64,000 nt of DNA from Lama glama (GCA_028534125.1 CM052823.1:70308001-70372000); one strand, 5' to 3'. Positions 12,397-25,796 are shown, counted from the stretch's first letter. Numbers and translations: made by a program. Notes: a model not told the origin generated them from the sequence alone.

Positions 12397-15374
12397 GGTG
12401 GTGACCTCTGGTTCCCGGGCTGCTCTGCACAGAACAGCTGGACGGCCTGCAGCTTCAGGAAACTGGTGCTGGAGTGTCTGCTTCCCCTTCCATCCCCAGG
12501 ACTTCAGGAGACACCGAAGGCAGGGTGGCGGCTGTGCTGCCGCCTGCCTACTGGGCAGATCACAACTGGTTTTCTCACTTGCCCTCCGGTTTTTCTTGGC
12601 AATGTTGCTGGGCTAAGAGGATGTGTGGAGGCCGAGGAACTGCCAGGGCCTTGTGCCATGTGGTCCTGTTGGGCAATGGAGCATTCCCTGGCTGGTGCTG
12701 TGCTGTGGTGGGGGAGACAGTGGGGAGAGGTGAGCTGAGGGGGCTTCTAGGGGCACAGAGGGGGCCTGTGTCCCTGCAGGAAGGAGTATCAGGATCCCAA
12801 AAAGAGAGCTCACAGTTGAGAGAGCTGTCACGCTGAGACCTCTGCTTGGCGCGCTCTCTTTTATCCTGAAGAGTCACATTCTGGACATCAAATGTAGGCA
12901 GAACCTGCTCTGGATCACCTTGGGGTGATTTGCTGGTATTTGTTTTTTGGTGAAAATATTGTCTTAAGTAAGATTTGCCAGGTCCACAGTGAATCTCAGG
13001 TAAAAGCAATAGAGAAAGAATACTTGGGAAGATTCCTGGAGGAGTTTTGGAAATAGATGAGAGGGTGTGAATGCAGTGATGACCTTGATTCTAGCAAGAC
13101 AAGTACAAGTCTTTGGAGAAAGGAAAACACAGATGAGAGAAGAATGATGGAATGAGGGGGAGAGGGCTCTTCATAGAGAGTGGGTGGGACACTCTCAGCC
13201 CCCTGTACCTGCACTGATCGTCCCTTTCCCTCCTTTGGACACTTCCCTCTACTTTCTGGGTCCCTAAACTTCTGTCCTCAGGAACCTCATTCATGAGCAT
13301 CCATCCTCCCTCCTGTCTTTCCAGATCAGCTCTTGCAGTGTGTGTACAAGCACATACACAATTCACCATCTGACACTCCCGCACCACCTTCAATCCAGAA
13401 TGTCGCTCTTCCCCTCTCCCCTTCCTCCTGCATCTCTGGTCTTGGTGAGTGAGGACAGTGCCTCCACATTTGTCTCTGTCTTTCTGCCCTCCCTTTGCCC
13501 ATAGTCGCTGAGCTATGTCCAGTCAAACTCCTGATCATCTCCTAAAACTGGCCCCTCCTCTCCGTGCCCTTGGCCCTACCTTCACTGAAGCCCCCTTGCC
13601 TGGACAGCAACTCCTAGCCAGTCTCCCACCCATTCTTTTTCCAATTGAGTCACCAAAGGATGTTTTCTGAAGTGCCGATTCAAGGGCTGCTCCCTGCTTA
13701 AGATCCAACAGTGGATCAAGTCCAAACTTCTCAACATCACCCCCAAAGCCCTTCAGGATCTTTCCCTCCCTGCCTGGAGTCCAGGGAGGCCAAACCCCTT
13801 CATTTCGCAGATGGAGACCTGCATCCGCACTTCTATGCTCCCACGTGCATTGGTTGCTCTGAAATCTTCTCCCCTCACTTGTCTGCTTTCTGCATCCAGG
13901 AAAGCCTTCCTGACAGTCTCTCTGCCACATCAGGCTTGAGGGGCACCTTCTTTTGCATCCCCAATTAGTCTACTCACACTCAACGTTATAAATACTTACC
14001 TATCTTTCTGCCCCCTTGAGGGCATGGCCTGTGTCTTATTAACATATTCCCAGGGCCTAACGATGATAGTGACCAATAGGAAAACTACTAGTAGAACTAG
14101 TAATGGCTTTTAAAGAACTGTTTTAGTTCTCTGATGTGCATTATCCCACTTAATCTTCACACCATTATTTAGTGTCTTTATTATTGTGCTTCACTGTTTA
14201 CCAAGCTCCTTTGAATACCCCTTCTCCTCTGCTGCTCTCGGCAGCACTACGAGGGAAGGAGGGGCTGAATTGCTATTGTTGTTGTTGTCGTTTTGCATTC
14301 GAGCGAGCCTGGGTCACACATGAAGAGGCCAGGACTTCATCCCGGGGCTCTTTTGCTTTATATCAGCAGGGACCCCAAAACCGCCAGCCAAAAAGACAGG
14401 AGGATGACGGACTCTGTGAGCACCACGGGGATGGGAAGACCAGCCATCGGGAGACGTGGGTGCTGGCTTGTGACTCCTTGTTCCACAGCCTGAACATTGC
14501 TTTTGCCAGCTTGTCTCTAGGTGCCACTGCCTGGCCTAACTGGCCCCACTGGCTCGTTAGGGTGAGGACCAAGAAGCAGGGTCGCTCAGGACCTAATTTC
14601 AGGGGGCTTTGCAGCAGTGGGCATGAATCCCAGCACCGTTGCCCTGGGGGGATGTTGGAACTGGAAGGAAGCTTTGAGATTTTCAAGCTCATCCAAATGT
14701 GGGAAAATGGAACCAGACAGGCTTGCCCACATGAACAAAGAAATAAAGAAAACACTACAGACTAAGTTTTTTAAAAGCCAATTTTTAGGTGGGGAGAGAG
14801 GAATTTATTTGAAAGGTCTACTGGGAAGGCAGAGACGGCTAATATCCCCACCCCCTCCAGTGACACAAATGGCACAGCCAGGGAGCTTTGTGCTGCCAGA
14901 CTTTGTGCCAGTGACTAAACAAAGGAGGACTGGCACTCAGCTGATGGAGCAAGGTTGCAGATTTCTGCAGGAGCCAGCCCAGGTTCCAGGTCTCCTGCAG
15001 GAGGGCGGGCGTGGAGCCACCTGGAACACAGCAGTGGCAAGCAGTGACGAGCCCCACAGAAATGCCCAATGGCAGGCACTTAATGAGGACGGGAGCAGCT
15101 GGTACACAGGGTGGAGTGTGGTTGTGCAGGCTCCTGTCCTCCTTGCCCAAAACAGTCTACGAAAGCAAAATAAATTAAAAAAGCAGACAGGAGAGGGACA
15201 GGGATGGGAAGAGGGTGGGGAGTGGACTCCAGGGAACCACTGACAGGGAGGGGCAGCAGGACGAAGGGCCCGCCCTGAAAACCCATAGGACAATAATGTA
15301 TTTTCTGCATTTCTGGTTTTTCTAAGTTTTGCATGATGGAAATGTGTCCATTTGTAACAAAAACTTTTAATTTT

Positions 15375-15945
15375 CTTATTGATATATAATTGACATAATA
15401 CTGCATAAGTTTAAAGTACACGATGTGTTGATCTGATACATTTATATGACATCTCTATCATTCTACTCTCTGTTTCTATGAGTTCAGCTTTTTCAGATTC
15501 CACATGTAAGTGATATCATACAGTATTGATATTTCTTTATCTGATATATTTCTCACTTAGTATGATTCCTTCAAGTTCCATCCACGCTGTAGCATATGGT
15601 GGGATTTCCTTGTTTCTCACGGTTGAACAATACTCCACTGTATACACCACATCTTCTTTATCCACTCATCTGCTGACAGACCCTTAGGTTGTTTCCATAT
15701 CTTGCTATTGTCAATAANNNNNNNNNNNNNNNNNNNNNNNNNNNNNNNNNNNNNNNNNNNNNNNNNNNNNNNNNNNNNNNNNNNNNNNNNNNNNNNNNNN
15801 NNNNNNNNNNNNNNNNNNNNNNNNNNNNNNNNNNNNNNNNNNNNNNNNNNNNNNNNNNNNNNNNNNNNNNNNNNNNNNNNNNNNNNNNNNNNNNNNNNNN
15901 NNNNNNNNACCAACACCTGTTATCTCTTTTTGATGACAGCCATGT
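15375..15945 (-). mobile_element. L1 3' fragment with N gap
   Basis: tttcagattccacatgtaagtgatatcatacagtat...ttatccactcatctgctgacagac; antisense translation WKQPK...DEWIKKMW matches the L1 ORF2 C-terminus. Confidence 0.85.
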
Positions 15946-16667
15946 AATGTTAACTGTAAAAAACACAATGAAAGGGGAGAGACTAGAAAGATGTGTGACA
16001 AATGTTAGCGAATTTTTCTTGGATGGGAAAACCACTAGTGATTTTTCCCTTTGTTTCTTTTCACTTTTCTGTTCTTTCCAAATTATTTAGAACGAGCACA
16101 GATGGTCTAGAGACTCGCAGGAAGAAAATACGAAAGAGTGGCTCCCTGTCCTTAAAGTAACAAAAACAAACAATAAGAAGGAAGAGAGGCTGAGGGAGTC
16201 AGCGTGACTCGGAAGAGGAAGAAAGATGAGGGAGAGTGGTGGGTAAGGGAGAGAGAAGGGGAGGCAGGGTCGGGGAAGGTAAGGGCCTGTTTTGGGGGGA
16301 GCGGCGCTCTGTGAAGTGCTTCCCAGTCATCCTGGGCACACTGAGTGGGCCCTGCGCAGCTGCCCCCAGGCTTAGAGGCTCTCAGCAGCCTCTGGACCGG
16401 TCTCTGTAGCATCACGGTCACTGCCCTCCCTGCACATCCAGCTAAGACCATTTAATTGAGAGCCCTGGCACCCGGAATTCCAGAGAGGCTGATCTGGAGA
16501 GGACTGTGCTGTGCTTACTTTGTGGCTGGGGCCTTATAGGAGGAGAGAGGAGACAGGAAGGGCGAGGAGGGCCCAGCCACACAGGTGGCAGCCAGGCCAA
16601 GAGGACAAGCCAGTAGCAATAGGTAGCTTGTTAGACAAGATGGAACACTGGCGCTAGATCAAGCATG

Positions 16668-16673
16668 TTTATT
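16668..16673 (-). terminator. TGM7: TGM7 polyadenylation signal AATAAA
   Basis: tttatt on the plus strand about 190 nt past the TGM7 stop codon. Confidence 0.7.
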
Positions 16674-16861
16674 GTCTTCTCCCAAGACAAACAGTGGTTC
16701 TAACAGAGTCTCATTCACCCCTAGGCAGGCTGGGAAGAGGACGGAGAAGGAGCAAGGTGGGCCCGGGGGCGGTGGGGTGGGGGTAGGGGTCTGTAAGGGC
16801 ATCAGGATAGGGGCAGGGGAGGAGCTGGGCGATTTGACGGCCTAAGGGGTGGGAGCGAGGC

Positions 16862-17021
16862 TCAAGAAGCCCCGGCTGCCACAACAAAGATGTCCTTGTA
16901 GCCCTTGATCTCCTTGAGCTCTTTGCTGCTGATGAGGACTTGCAACTGGCGGCGTCCAACTTTGAGGGGGTAGAGGTCCAGCTGAATTTGGACGGTGTGT
17001 CCGGCCACCAGAGTCCCAAGG
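16862..17021 (-). CDS. TGM7: Transglutaminase 7 exon 13 (last coding exon)
   Basis: LGTLVAGHTVQIQLDLYPLKVGRRQLQVLISSKELKEIKGYKDIFVVAAGAS*; AG acceptor at 17022-17023. Confidence 0.95.
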
Positions 17022-17271
17022 CTGAAAGTCAACAAGAGCCTGTTAGAGCCTTGAGGACCAACTGCTGGGTGGGGGGATCTGGTTTCCCGTCTTGGTCGGT
17101 AAGCACCTCCCCCACCCACTTCCAGCATCACTGAGCTCAGTCTTCCCCGAGAAGCGTGAGAAGATGGGAGCCAGGAGGCACCATCCAGGAGACTGAGGAC
17201 AGTCCTATGACCCCACAAAGCCCCCCTTATCAAAGACCAGTATGAGACAGGTGGATGGCCTTGGTTCTTAC

Positions 17272-17405
17272 TCATTTGATATCTGCCCATCGATGAGACC
17301 ACTGCCCTCCAGCACCATCGTGCAGTGACTCAGGGCCACCGAGAGGGTATTGGTGAGCGAGATGTGGACTCTCAGTGCCTTGCCCACCTCAGCCCTCTCA
17401 GACAC
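17272..17405 (-). CDS. TGM7: Transglutaminase 7 exon 12
   Basis: VSERAEVGKALRVHISLTNTLSVALSHCTMVLEGSGLIDGQISN; 134 bp; AG and GTAAG sites. Confidence 0.95.
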
Positions 17406-17904
17406 CTGTGTGGAGAGAAGACGGGGATATCATGGGCCACTGGCCTCATTTCTGCACTCAATTCAGCAACCTCACTTCCTCATCTTTCTGCTGGCACCTG
17501 GCCTGGCTGCCACCAGGGACTGCTTACTTAGAGCTAAGATGCTGCAGGGAAAGAGAAGAACCTGACCTAAGAGTATTCAAGGTGAACACATATCCTGGCC
17601 TGTCTTAGAAGCTCAGCCCACAGGACTTCAGGAAGCCACCACCAACCAAATTGGCACCAAGCTGAAACCTATTTCCCTTCCCACCATCTAGCTCAGGATG
17701 GCACTTGGATTTCCACTTAAGTGCCAGCTCCCATCCATGAATTGTAGCTGATAAAAATGCTGTGGTACAAAAGGGTCATGGGGACCATCCAGAGTCAGTG
17801 AGAGAGCTGTGATTGATTAGTAGTGTCTGACAAAGGCATGGGAGAAGGAAGAAGTGTCATGTGTGCCATCCATGTGCCACCAGTGATGTTCTTTTTTTTT
17901 CTCA

Positions 17905-18070
17905 AATGCTATTTTATTTTTCTTAATTGAAGTATTGTTGATTTATAATGTGTTAGTTTCTGGTGTACAGCATAGTGATTCAGTCATACACACACATACT
18001 CTTTTTCAGAATAGATTATTATAAGATATTGAATATAGTTTCTTGTGCTATCCTGTAGAACCTTGTTGTT
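17905..18070 (-). mobile_element. Short L1 3'-end fragment
   Basis: ttgaagtattgttgatttataatgtgttagtttctggtgtacagcatagtgattcagt. Confidence 0.75.
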
Positions 18071-19114
18071 TCGGTGATGTCATTCTGAGGCCAAGGTCAC
18101 AGGATATGTTAATGGCAGAGCCAGGACCTGAGCCAAGACCTAACCCAGGTGTGCCAGGCCCCAGCAAGAAGCCAGGACCTTTCCCCCAGGCTGCTCTGTC
18201 TTTATATACACTAGCAAACCCACTCTGAGTTTTTCCAGGTGCATCCAGATGTCACATGTGAGGTCTGTGTCATATAGGGCAGCATGGCCTTGGCCTGGGA
18301 GTGGGAGGCAGGGATTCCATCCTACCCACTTCAAGAGCCCCAAGAGCCCCAGTGCCTAACACAGAGCCAGCCAAATGATGGAGATTCTGTAAATGAGTGT
18401 TGAACTGAAAGGACTCTGATAACCCAGATCGCACTGGGGACTCTGACTCAACCAGAGAATCAAGTAGAGGGAAGAACACATCCTGACTTCTCTGGAATTC
18501 AAAGAAAGGAAACAAGTCCCTTGGACTGTAGTGAGGGTGCCAAAGTGGAATAAGGTCAAAATAACTTTGGAATCTAGTCTAGTCACACAGACCATCCCCG
18601 GGTCCCTTAGGGGACCAGTTAATAGCCTACCTGGCATCTGACGTGTTTGCATTGGATCCTGTTGTCATCAGGGCTCTGGGTAACAGGCAGGACCCTCACT
18701 TCAGCCCCAGGCTTGTGTCTACACTCCTGATTCTGCTCACTGTTTGCTCCCCCACCCCCTCCGTGGAGGCTGCCCTGTATGACTTGGCCTGAAAACCTGA
18801 CAGCATGCCCAGCTGAAAACTGTCATGTGGCCAGATGGTTGATGACGAGGAGCTGCTCAACTCTCCTTCTGGTGGGGACGGAGGGTGCTGTTGACAATCA
18901 GTCAAAGCCAGGTGGAGGCTAGGCAGAGGGTAAGTCTTTCATGTGGGAGGGGAAAGTGGGCAAAGGGGACTTCACAGGAAGGAAAACCCTGGTAATAGGA
19001 GATGGGGATCCTCCCTGCCCTCCTCCATTTACCCTTCCTTCACCTGTATTCCTTCCTCATGCCATGGCCTTGCCAGGCACTCAAGCTCTTGAACTTGAAA
19101 TGTGAGGCTCAGCC

Positions 19115-19305
19115 TTTTTTCCTTTTTAAGTATAGTTGGTTTACACTGCTGGGTTAATTTCTGGTGTACAGCACAGTGATTCAGTTATACACATATATAT
19201 AATATATATATTCCTTTTCATATTCTTTTTCACTAGAGGCTATTACAAGGTATTGAATATTATTCCCTGTGCTGTACAGAAGGACCGTGTTGTTTATCTG
19301 TATAC
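19115..19305 (-). mobile_element. Short L1 3'-end fragment
   Basis: aagtatagttggtttacact...ctggtgtacagcacagtgattcagttatac...tccctgtgctgtaca. Confidence 0.75.
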
Positions 19306-19713
19306 AGTAGTTAGGCTCACCTTTTCTTTGTTTCCCTCTTCTTTGTCACTTCTGTCTTATCAACAGTCACCTTTGGGATTTGGCTTATGGTCTCCCTCAA
19401 ACCTGTCCTCTCCGCTCCATCTTCCAGTTACTGCCTTTCTTGTCTCTTTCCCTCTGCAAGGCTATTTCCTTACTTAAAATGCCTTCATCTCCATCTTGTT
19501 TCTCCATAGTATCTTCCTGTGCATCCTCTGTAAAATTTCACCTCCTCTGGGAAGCATTCACTTTGCACAGAGCACAAGAGACCACACCATACTGCACTTC
19601 AATCATCCCTTTGGTGTCCAGGGCAGGGGCCGTCTCACTGGCTGCAGTCCCCCCAGCCCCGGGGCTGAGTGAGAAGAGGGTCCCTGGGCGCCATCTCTGT
19701 CCAGATGCCTTAC

Positions 19714-19874
19714 CTCAATCGCTAAGTGGGGAGGCTCCAGAGATATATCCTTTAGGACCAGCATGGACCTCCCTGTCTCTGCTACCTTGGCGATGCCAGA
19801 CACACGGATCAGCTTTTCATCCGTTAGCTTGTTTTTATAATTGTTGTAGGGCAGCGAGAGGGATCGCTGTATCT
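19714..19874 (-). CDS. TGM7: Transglutaminase 7 exon 11
   Basis: IQRSLSLPYNNYKNKLTDEKLIRVSGIAKVAETGRSMLVLKDISLEPPHLAIE; 161 bp; AG and GTAAG sites. Confidence 0.95.
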
Positions 19875-19993
19875 CTAAGCACAGACAAAAGACGTCTTTT
19901 GAGTTTGAGAACAGGTCTCAGAAAGAGAGAGAGAGAGAAATGTGTATGTGTGAGAGAGGAAAAATCAGTTTGTGTTAGATAATATGTGTGTGT

Positions 19994-20105
19994 GGGAGGG
20001 GAGGGTTTAGCTCAGTGGTAGAGCATGTGCTTAGCATGCACGAGGTCCTGGGTTCAATCCCCAGTGCCTCCATTAAAAAAAAGACAAAAACAAAAAAACA
20101 ACTAC
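19994..20105 (+). mobile_element. tRNA-Ala-derived SINE (camelid Vic-1 type)
   Basis: GGGGAGGGTTTAGCTCAGTGGTAGAGC...GGTTCAATCCC (A and B boxes), A-rich tail, TSD ATGTGTGTG at 19984-19992 and 20106-20114. Confidence 0.85.
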
Positions 20106-20259
20106 ATGTGTGTGAAAGTGTGTGTGTTGTGAAAGAGACAGATTGCGCTTACCCTGCACTCAAGTTCCTCAGGGTCACTGCTGTGTTCCACCTGGCGGGA
20201 CAGCATTGGAGGCACAGCACCTGGCGTTCAACCTCCTGCCAACAGCAGCTTCACTGCCC

Positions 20260-20262
<3 letters not shown>

Positions 20263-20292
<30 letters not shown>
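20263..20292. repeat. (GT)15 microsatellite in TGM7 intron 10
   Basis: Seen directly. Confidence 0.95.
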
Positions 20293-20293
<1 letters not shown>

Positions 20294-20364
20294 GGGGGTG
20301 CTTTGTTCATGGCCCCAAAGCTCCCCTCCTTATATATGTTTTTCTGGGCCTGCCTCCTACTCAC

Positions 20365-20691
20365 CCTCCCCAAAGTCCAGGGTCAAGTGCACCTTTTGCC
20401 TCCAGAGGGGCCGCCGGGTGCCGCCGCTGTGCAGCAAGGTCTGTGCGCAGAAGCGCACCACCAGTCTGATGGGCCCCTGGGGGTGGGCTCTGTCTGCCAC
20501 CCTCCGGGCATGCAGCTCTAGCAGCAGGTCCTGGCCCCACTCGGGCGTCTGGGCCAGGTGAAGCTGCAGCTGCACCGGCTGATCCTTAGAACCGCTGGAC
20601 CGCAGCAGGTCCAGGAAGGGTGACGAGGCCCTTCTTGAGCCCAGCATCTTCCGGGAGGCCTTCATAAACACAGAGCGCTCCTCCGGGGATC
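20365..20691 (-). CDS. TGM7: Transglutaminase 7 exon 10
   Basis: SPEERSVFMKASRKMLG...VHLTLDFGE; 327 bp; AG and GTGAGT sites. Confidence 0.95.
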
Positions 20692-21140
20692 CTGACAGAG
20701 AGGAGAGCCGGTAAAGACATCAGTGGGGAGGGGCCCAGAGGACCAATGACCTTGGGGAAACGAGGCACCCAACAGCTCCCAGATCCCTTCCCAAGGATAG
20801 CTGCCCAAGGAGCCAACACAGCATTGCGGCTGAGAACAAGGAGGTTGGTGTTGCTTGGGGCTGGGTTCAAATCCTTGCTCTGTCATAGTCCCTTAACCTC
20901 ATAGTGCTCAGTTCTGTCATCTATAGCCCAGGGATATCTCCCTGCCTCATACAGTTGCCAAAAATTTGGGTTAGATGAGTTCCTGAATATAAATACTGAA
21001 CGCTGTTCTGCGTCATCTTTTGAAGAGGAGATGATTAAGTGGTGATGGTTTTAATGTGAGAGCCATCCCCATCCCCACTGGGAGGCCACAAAAGGAGGTA
21101 ACAGCCGCCCCAGTCCTTGAATCCCTGGGGCCCCAGGCAC

Positions 21141-21383
21141 CTTCTGGGTACTTGTAGGAGCTGGTGATGTTCTGGCGCTGGTCTGACCCGACCATCTTGG
21201 TGCTGATTTCCTTCCCGATGGAACTGATGTTATGGGCCAGGATTTCCAGGGCCTGGCCACCCCCAAACAGCCAAATGACTTCATCGGCGTTCACCTCAGC
21301 ATACACAAAAGGGGTGTCGTAGGGCAGGTGGACCTCCCCTTCCCTGATGGCCTTCACGGAGGCAGGGCCACAGCGGAACAGCC
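21141..21383 (-). CDS. TGM7: Transglutaminase 7 exon 9
   Basis: [33 protein letters not shown]...SYKYPE; 243 bp; AG and GT sites. Confidence 0.95.
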
Positions 21384-21819
21384 CTGTGCAGGGAACAGGA
21401 GTTGTGGACCGCTAACATGGCTGCTGACATGTGGGCCAGGGCCAGAGGGTCAAGGCTGTGGGAGGTAGTGAGGTGGGATGGGGAGGGGCAGGGGCATTGA
21501 CGATCCTCATCCAAGGGGTGTTCTCCAGTTCCCATTAATTCATCTGATCCTCACAGCCACCCTGGGAAGCAACAGTCATCACCTTCCTCTTCCCTGCTTC
21601 ACAGGTGAGCAAACAACTGCGAGGTCCAGAGACTCCACGGGTCACCCAGCTGTCAGTGGCAAAGCTGGACCCCTGACCCCAAGTTGTCTCTGCTCTGACT
21701 TTGGAAAGGGGACAAAGTGGAAAAGGCATCGCTGCTTTCTGGCCTCTTACTCACGGGGTCAATCACCCTGGTCAGCCTCCCTGCAGAGCCCAGGCCCTTC
21801 CACTGTGGTCCTCACTCAC

Positions 21820-21923
21820 CGCTGCTGGTTTCTTGGGGAGTGGGGTCCAAAACCTGCCACCCATTGTATCCTGGAGGGAGATCTTTCCGGATCATCCAGC
21901 ACTCGTTCCAGACATGAAAATTC
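21820..21923 (-). CDS. TGM7: Transglutaminase 7 exon 8 (catalytic His and Asp)
   Basis: [34 protein letters not shown]; 104 bp; AG and GTGAGT sites. Confidence 0.96.
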
Positions 21924-23235
21924 CTGCAGAAAGCAGTAAGGAGAAAAGGACTCACATTTTCAGAGCCTTTGCGAGATATCAGACCCTATACTGAGTGCTT
22001 TATATCATTGTTTCTTCTGGGTTTTTTTACATTTTATTTGGAAGTAATTTCAAGCTTACAATAAAGTTGCAAGAATAGTCCAAAGAACCCCCATCTACCC
22101 AGGTCATCTATTGTTAACATATTGCCCCATTTGCTTTATCACTGGCTTTCTTTCAGCGCAGATAATGAGATTCCTAGAATAGCGATCTTCCCTTAAATAT
22201 CCTTGTATAGTTATCAACCTCGTACATTGAATATCAATACGATTTTATTGACTTTATTGTCTGTATTTCAGTGTTGTCAGTTGACCTAATAGTGTCCTTT
22301 ATGGGATTCTTCTCCACCCAGTCCAGAATCACACATTGCATTCAGTTGTCCAATATTCTTTGTGTCCCTCAATCTGGAAGAGTTCCTCAGCCTTCGTTTT
22401 AGCACATTGACCTCCTGAATACAGTCTTTATTGAATTATTTTTACCAGAGCGGCTCTCATTTGGGGCTCGCCTGAAGTTTCCTCACAATTAGATTCAGGT
22501 TACGCATTCACAGACAGAATTCTACATAAGTGATATGTTCTGCTCAGATACATTACTACTCACTGAACCAGAGAAGTTTCAGCCCTCAAAGAGCTCAGAG
22601 AAGGAAGGGAGGTCCAAGGACAGCAGCTAGTTCTCATGCAACTTGAAAGTCTTACCTGGAAACTGGCTGGAAAAGCAAAAACCAGAAATCATATCTGGGG
22701 GAGAGCAGAGGAGAAAAGAACCAAGGGAAGTGACTAGAGATCCAAAAATAAGGGGACACACAGAGATAGACGATAGACAACACACAAACACACACACACA
22801 AAGATGTGCACACACATGCCTGCAGAGAGGGAGTGAGGCTGGGAGCGGAGAGGTCGAGAGAGGATGCAGGAAGTATGCAGAGGCAGCTACTCCTGGCTTT
22901 GCCCCAACCAAGAAACAGAGATACATGCAAACAGAAAAGCTCAAAGGAAGAGTAAGAAGAATGAAGATTTTTGAGGTCAGCACTCAGGGGATGCCTGATC
23001 TATTCATTTGGTTGCCAGCTTCAGAATATGTTATCCCATAGTCTTCCTGTCTCTGAAATGAGCTTGATGTGATGATCTAATTAGCCAGAACAGCTTCCTG
23101 GCTGGGGGACTTATTCTCTGAGCATCAGCAACAATGGACAGGGCAGTATTTCCTCAAGGCCAGAGAGAATCAGGTCAGAACTCTCCTACCCTAACTGAGC
23201 TAGAGCAGACATCTGTAGGAGACAGTCCCCCTTAC

Positions 23236-23374
23236 CATATTTTGTCTCGTTTCTGAGTTGGCAGCATCACTGCATTTTGGTCATAGTAGGTATCGATGGT
23301 CAAGTTCGCATCTGCGTTGTGTGCAGAACGGAAATTGGAAACGACACGGGTTGGAACACCTAAGCATCTCATTA
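23236..23374 (-). CDS. TGM7: Transglutaminase 7 exon 7
   Basis: MRCLGVPTRVVSNFRSAHNADANLTIDTYYDQNAVMLPTQKRDKI; 139 bp; AG and GTAAG sites. Confidence 0.95.
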
Positions 23375-25340
23375 CTAAAGAGAAGACAAGCATGGGGAAT
23401 CACTGAGTTCATTTCAAGCAGAATCAATGGTTTCATGTGCATACTTTCTAATTTTCAAGCTGGAAGAGAGAAAAAGGCCAAGATTCTTGCAGAACCGTAA
23501 CTGTAAATCCTTTATCCCCAGAGCACAGCACCCAGGCCCAGAACCCTGCTGCCTACCCACCCTATCCATGTTTCCATTCCACCAGGAGAAAGAAATTTGA
23601 TGGTCACTTAAAGCAGCAATTCACAAGTCAGGTTTACCATTTAGGGCTTTTTACATTCAGCATCTTTCCAAGTTAAAAACAGAGAACCGAAACATTTGAT
23701 AATTTGAAAGAAAATGAAAAAGTTTAGGCCTATGCTGTGGCCAGAAGAGAAGCTGTGTGACCTTGAGTAAGTGGCTTAACTTCTCTGGGCCTTAGTCTTC
23801 TTGTATGTAACAAAATGAAGCGTTGGACCAGATGATTTCCAGTTCTGAAAGTCTGGATCTGTAATTCTATTCAAATAAAAGGGTTTGGAGGAGGTAAGAA
23901 AGAAATCAGAGCAAGGATAGAAGATTAAGATAGACTTACACAGATACGTGGAAGACGTCAGTGACAGAGAATCTGCATGTACTAGGGAATGACCATCTTT
24001 GATGAGGCAACAGCACCCTCTTGTGGCTTCTCAGGAATCACACAAAGCAGACACTACACCCCTCTCCCCATCACAACACCTGCCGGGGGCCAGATATCAA
24101 GCCAAGAGCCAGGTGTGACTTTTGGTACACAGGTCCCAACCTCTACCAGCAAGGCAAGGATTTTAGAGAGAGGTTTATCCTACCCCTCTCCTGCGTAGGA
24201 GGAGCAGATGGTGCCTACTGAGGCTGCTGGGAGGATTACAGTGATTCTAAAAGTAAAAAGACAATTGAGACTGAACAATCTTTTTCATTTCAATTCATTC
24301 AAGAGCCCCAGAGGGCGCTACCTGTCCACAAGCACCTGTCCACTCCCCGCATAGCTCCTGGACTTTTCATAAACCCTTGGCAGGGGTGAAAGTTAGACCA
24401 GGGCTGTGAGTGGCCAGAGGCAGCCAGGCAGGAGCTGCTCTCCCGACGCTCATTGGCCCCAGAACGCTAGGGCCTGGGAGAAAACAAGTGAGCAGTGAGG
24501 TCGCTTGAGTTGAACCCTCATACTTAAACCTCTCCACTGTGTGCTACCAAGCTGTGCTGCCCCTCTCAGAAATGTCTAGAACTTTGTCTTTGGGCCCTGT
24601 CTCTGTCCTCCAGCTCTGTGTTCTTTCATTCTCCAACTCAGAGTCAACCCATTTGTTAAGCAAACTGATTGAGCACCACAGTGTAACAGGCAGCTCTGCA
24701 TAAAGTACTCCTGCCTGGAAGGGGGAACGCAGGCAGGCAGGCACCTCAGTCCTTTCCCTCAACTTCACAGATTATCTGATAAACGACTTGGCACTAAATT
24801 GTAAATAATTGATAATGCGTAAAACATTGATGCTCGTTAAGGGTAGTTAGCAAAGTAGTACATCTCTAATTGTAACTCCCCAGGAATCTCTCCAAGAAGC
24901 GTTTGAGAGCAGCCAGCGGTACCTGCAGGTGAGACATGCTGTCCCAGGCCATCTGCTGGCACCTCAAGCTTCCCCCAACCTGTCCCCGACTCCAGGATCA
25001 CTTGGAGTTGAGAAGCCCGAGTAGGTGGCAGAAAAAAAGCCAATTTTGCCTCTACTTTGGGACCACAAGCTCTCCTACGTAGGCAACCACTTTAACGGAC
25101 TAACTGCTGCATCAAGGAGACCGCGGAGTGATTGCAGCGGGTCGTCCTGCCTCGCTGGTTATCGCGGGATTCCTGGAGAACACAGCGCGCGCGGGGCAAG
25201 CGCGGGAGCCCGCCACTCCTCAGCTGTGGGGCTGCCGACAAGCCACAGGTAACTCGGGCGAAGTGGGCATAATCCCCGCCCGACCTCGAAGCGTTATGCC
25301 GAAGACTCAGGGATTCTGCGTTCGCGTCCGCCTCACTCAC

Positions 25341-25518
25341 CGGTGCACATGACAGCTGCGAAGACCCAGCACTGCCCGTACCTGACGGGCTGCCCGCCGC
25401 CGGCCGACCACTGCCGCAGGATGGCCACGCTGCCGCTCCACTCGAGCGGGCTCAGCCCCCTGGAGTAGTCCTCTCCCCAGTTCCCCTGCAGCACGCCGCT
25501 GTCGTCGTTGCTGTTGAT
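25341..25518 (-). CDS. TGM7: Transglutaminase 7 exon 6 (catalytic Cys)
   Basis: [59 protein letters not shown]; 178 bp; AG and GTGAGT sites. Confidence 0.96.
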
Positions 25519-25612
25519 CTGCGGAGGACAGACAGGTGGGTGGCGCGGGCCCGGGGCGGGGCGCGGGGCTCGGACCGTCCTCAGGCAGGGCCGGGGCGGC
25601 GTCTGGCCTTAC

Positions 25613-25741
25613 CATGGCGCTCACCACCCTGCAGACGTACACCACGTCGTTCCGCTGGGAGCAGGCTTTGGACGGGTTCTCTAAGAAGGACAGGCTCTTG
25701 TTCAGGATCTCAAAGCAGATATCTATGATGCCCTCTTCAAA
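25613..25741 (-). CDS. TGM7: Transglutaminase 7 exon 5
   Basis: FEEGIIDICFEILNKSLSFLENPSKACSQRNDVVYVCRVVSAM; 129 bp; AAG acceptor and GTAAG donor. Confidence 0.95.
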
Positions 25742-25796
25742 CTTCCAGGGGATTTCAGGGAAGAACAAAGAAGAGTAAAAAACGTCTAGAATTCTG

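Noticed and set aside
14172-15421. About 200-aa ORFs between TGM5 and TGM7
   Set aside because: Non-ATG starts, overlap on both strands, no recognisable domain or splice pattern.
19998-20072. Functional tRNA-Ala gene
   Set aside because: A-rich tail, TSD, imperfect stems and two related copies in the window identify it as a SINE.
25341-25518. Gene conversion between TGM5 and TGM7 exon 6
   Set aside because: Many synonymous differences remain and the introns do not align; active-site constraint explains the similarity.
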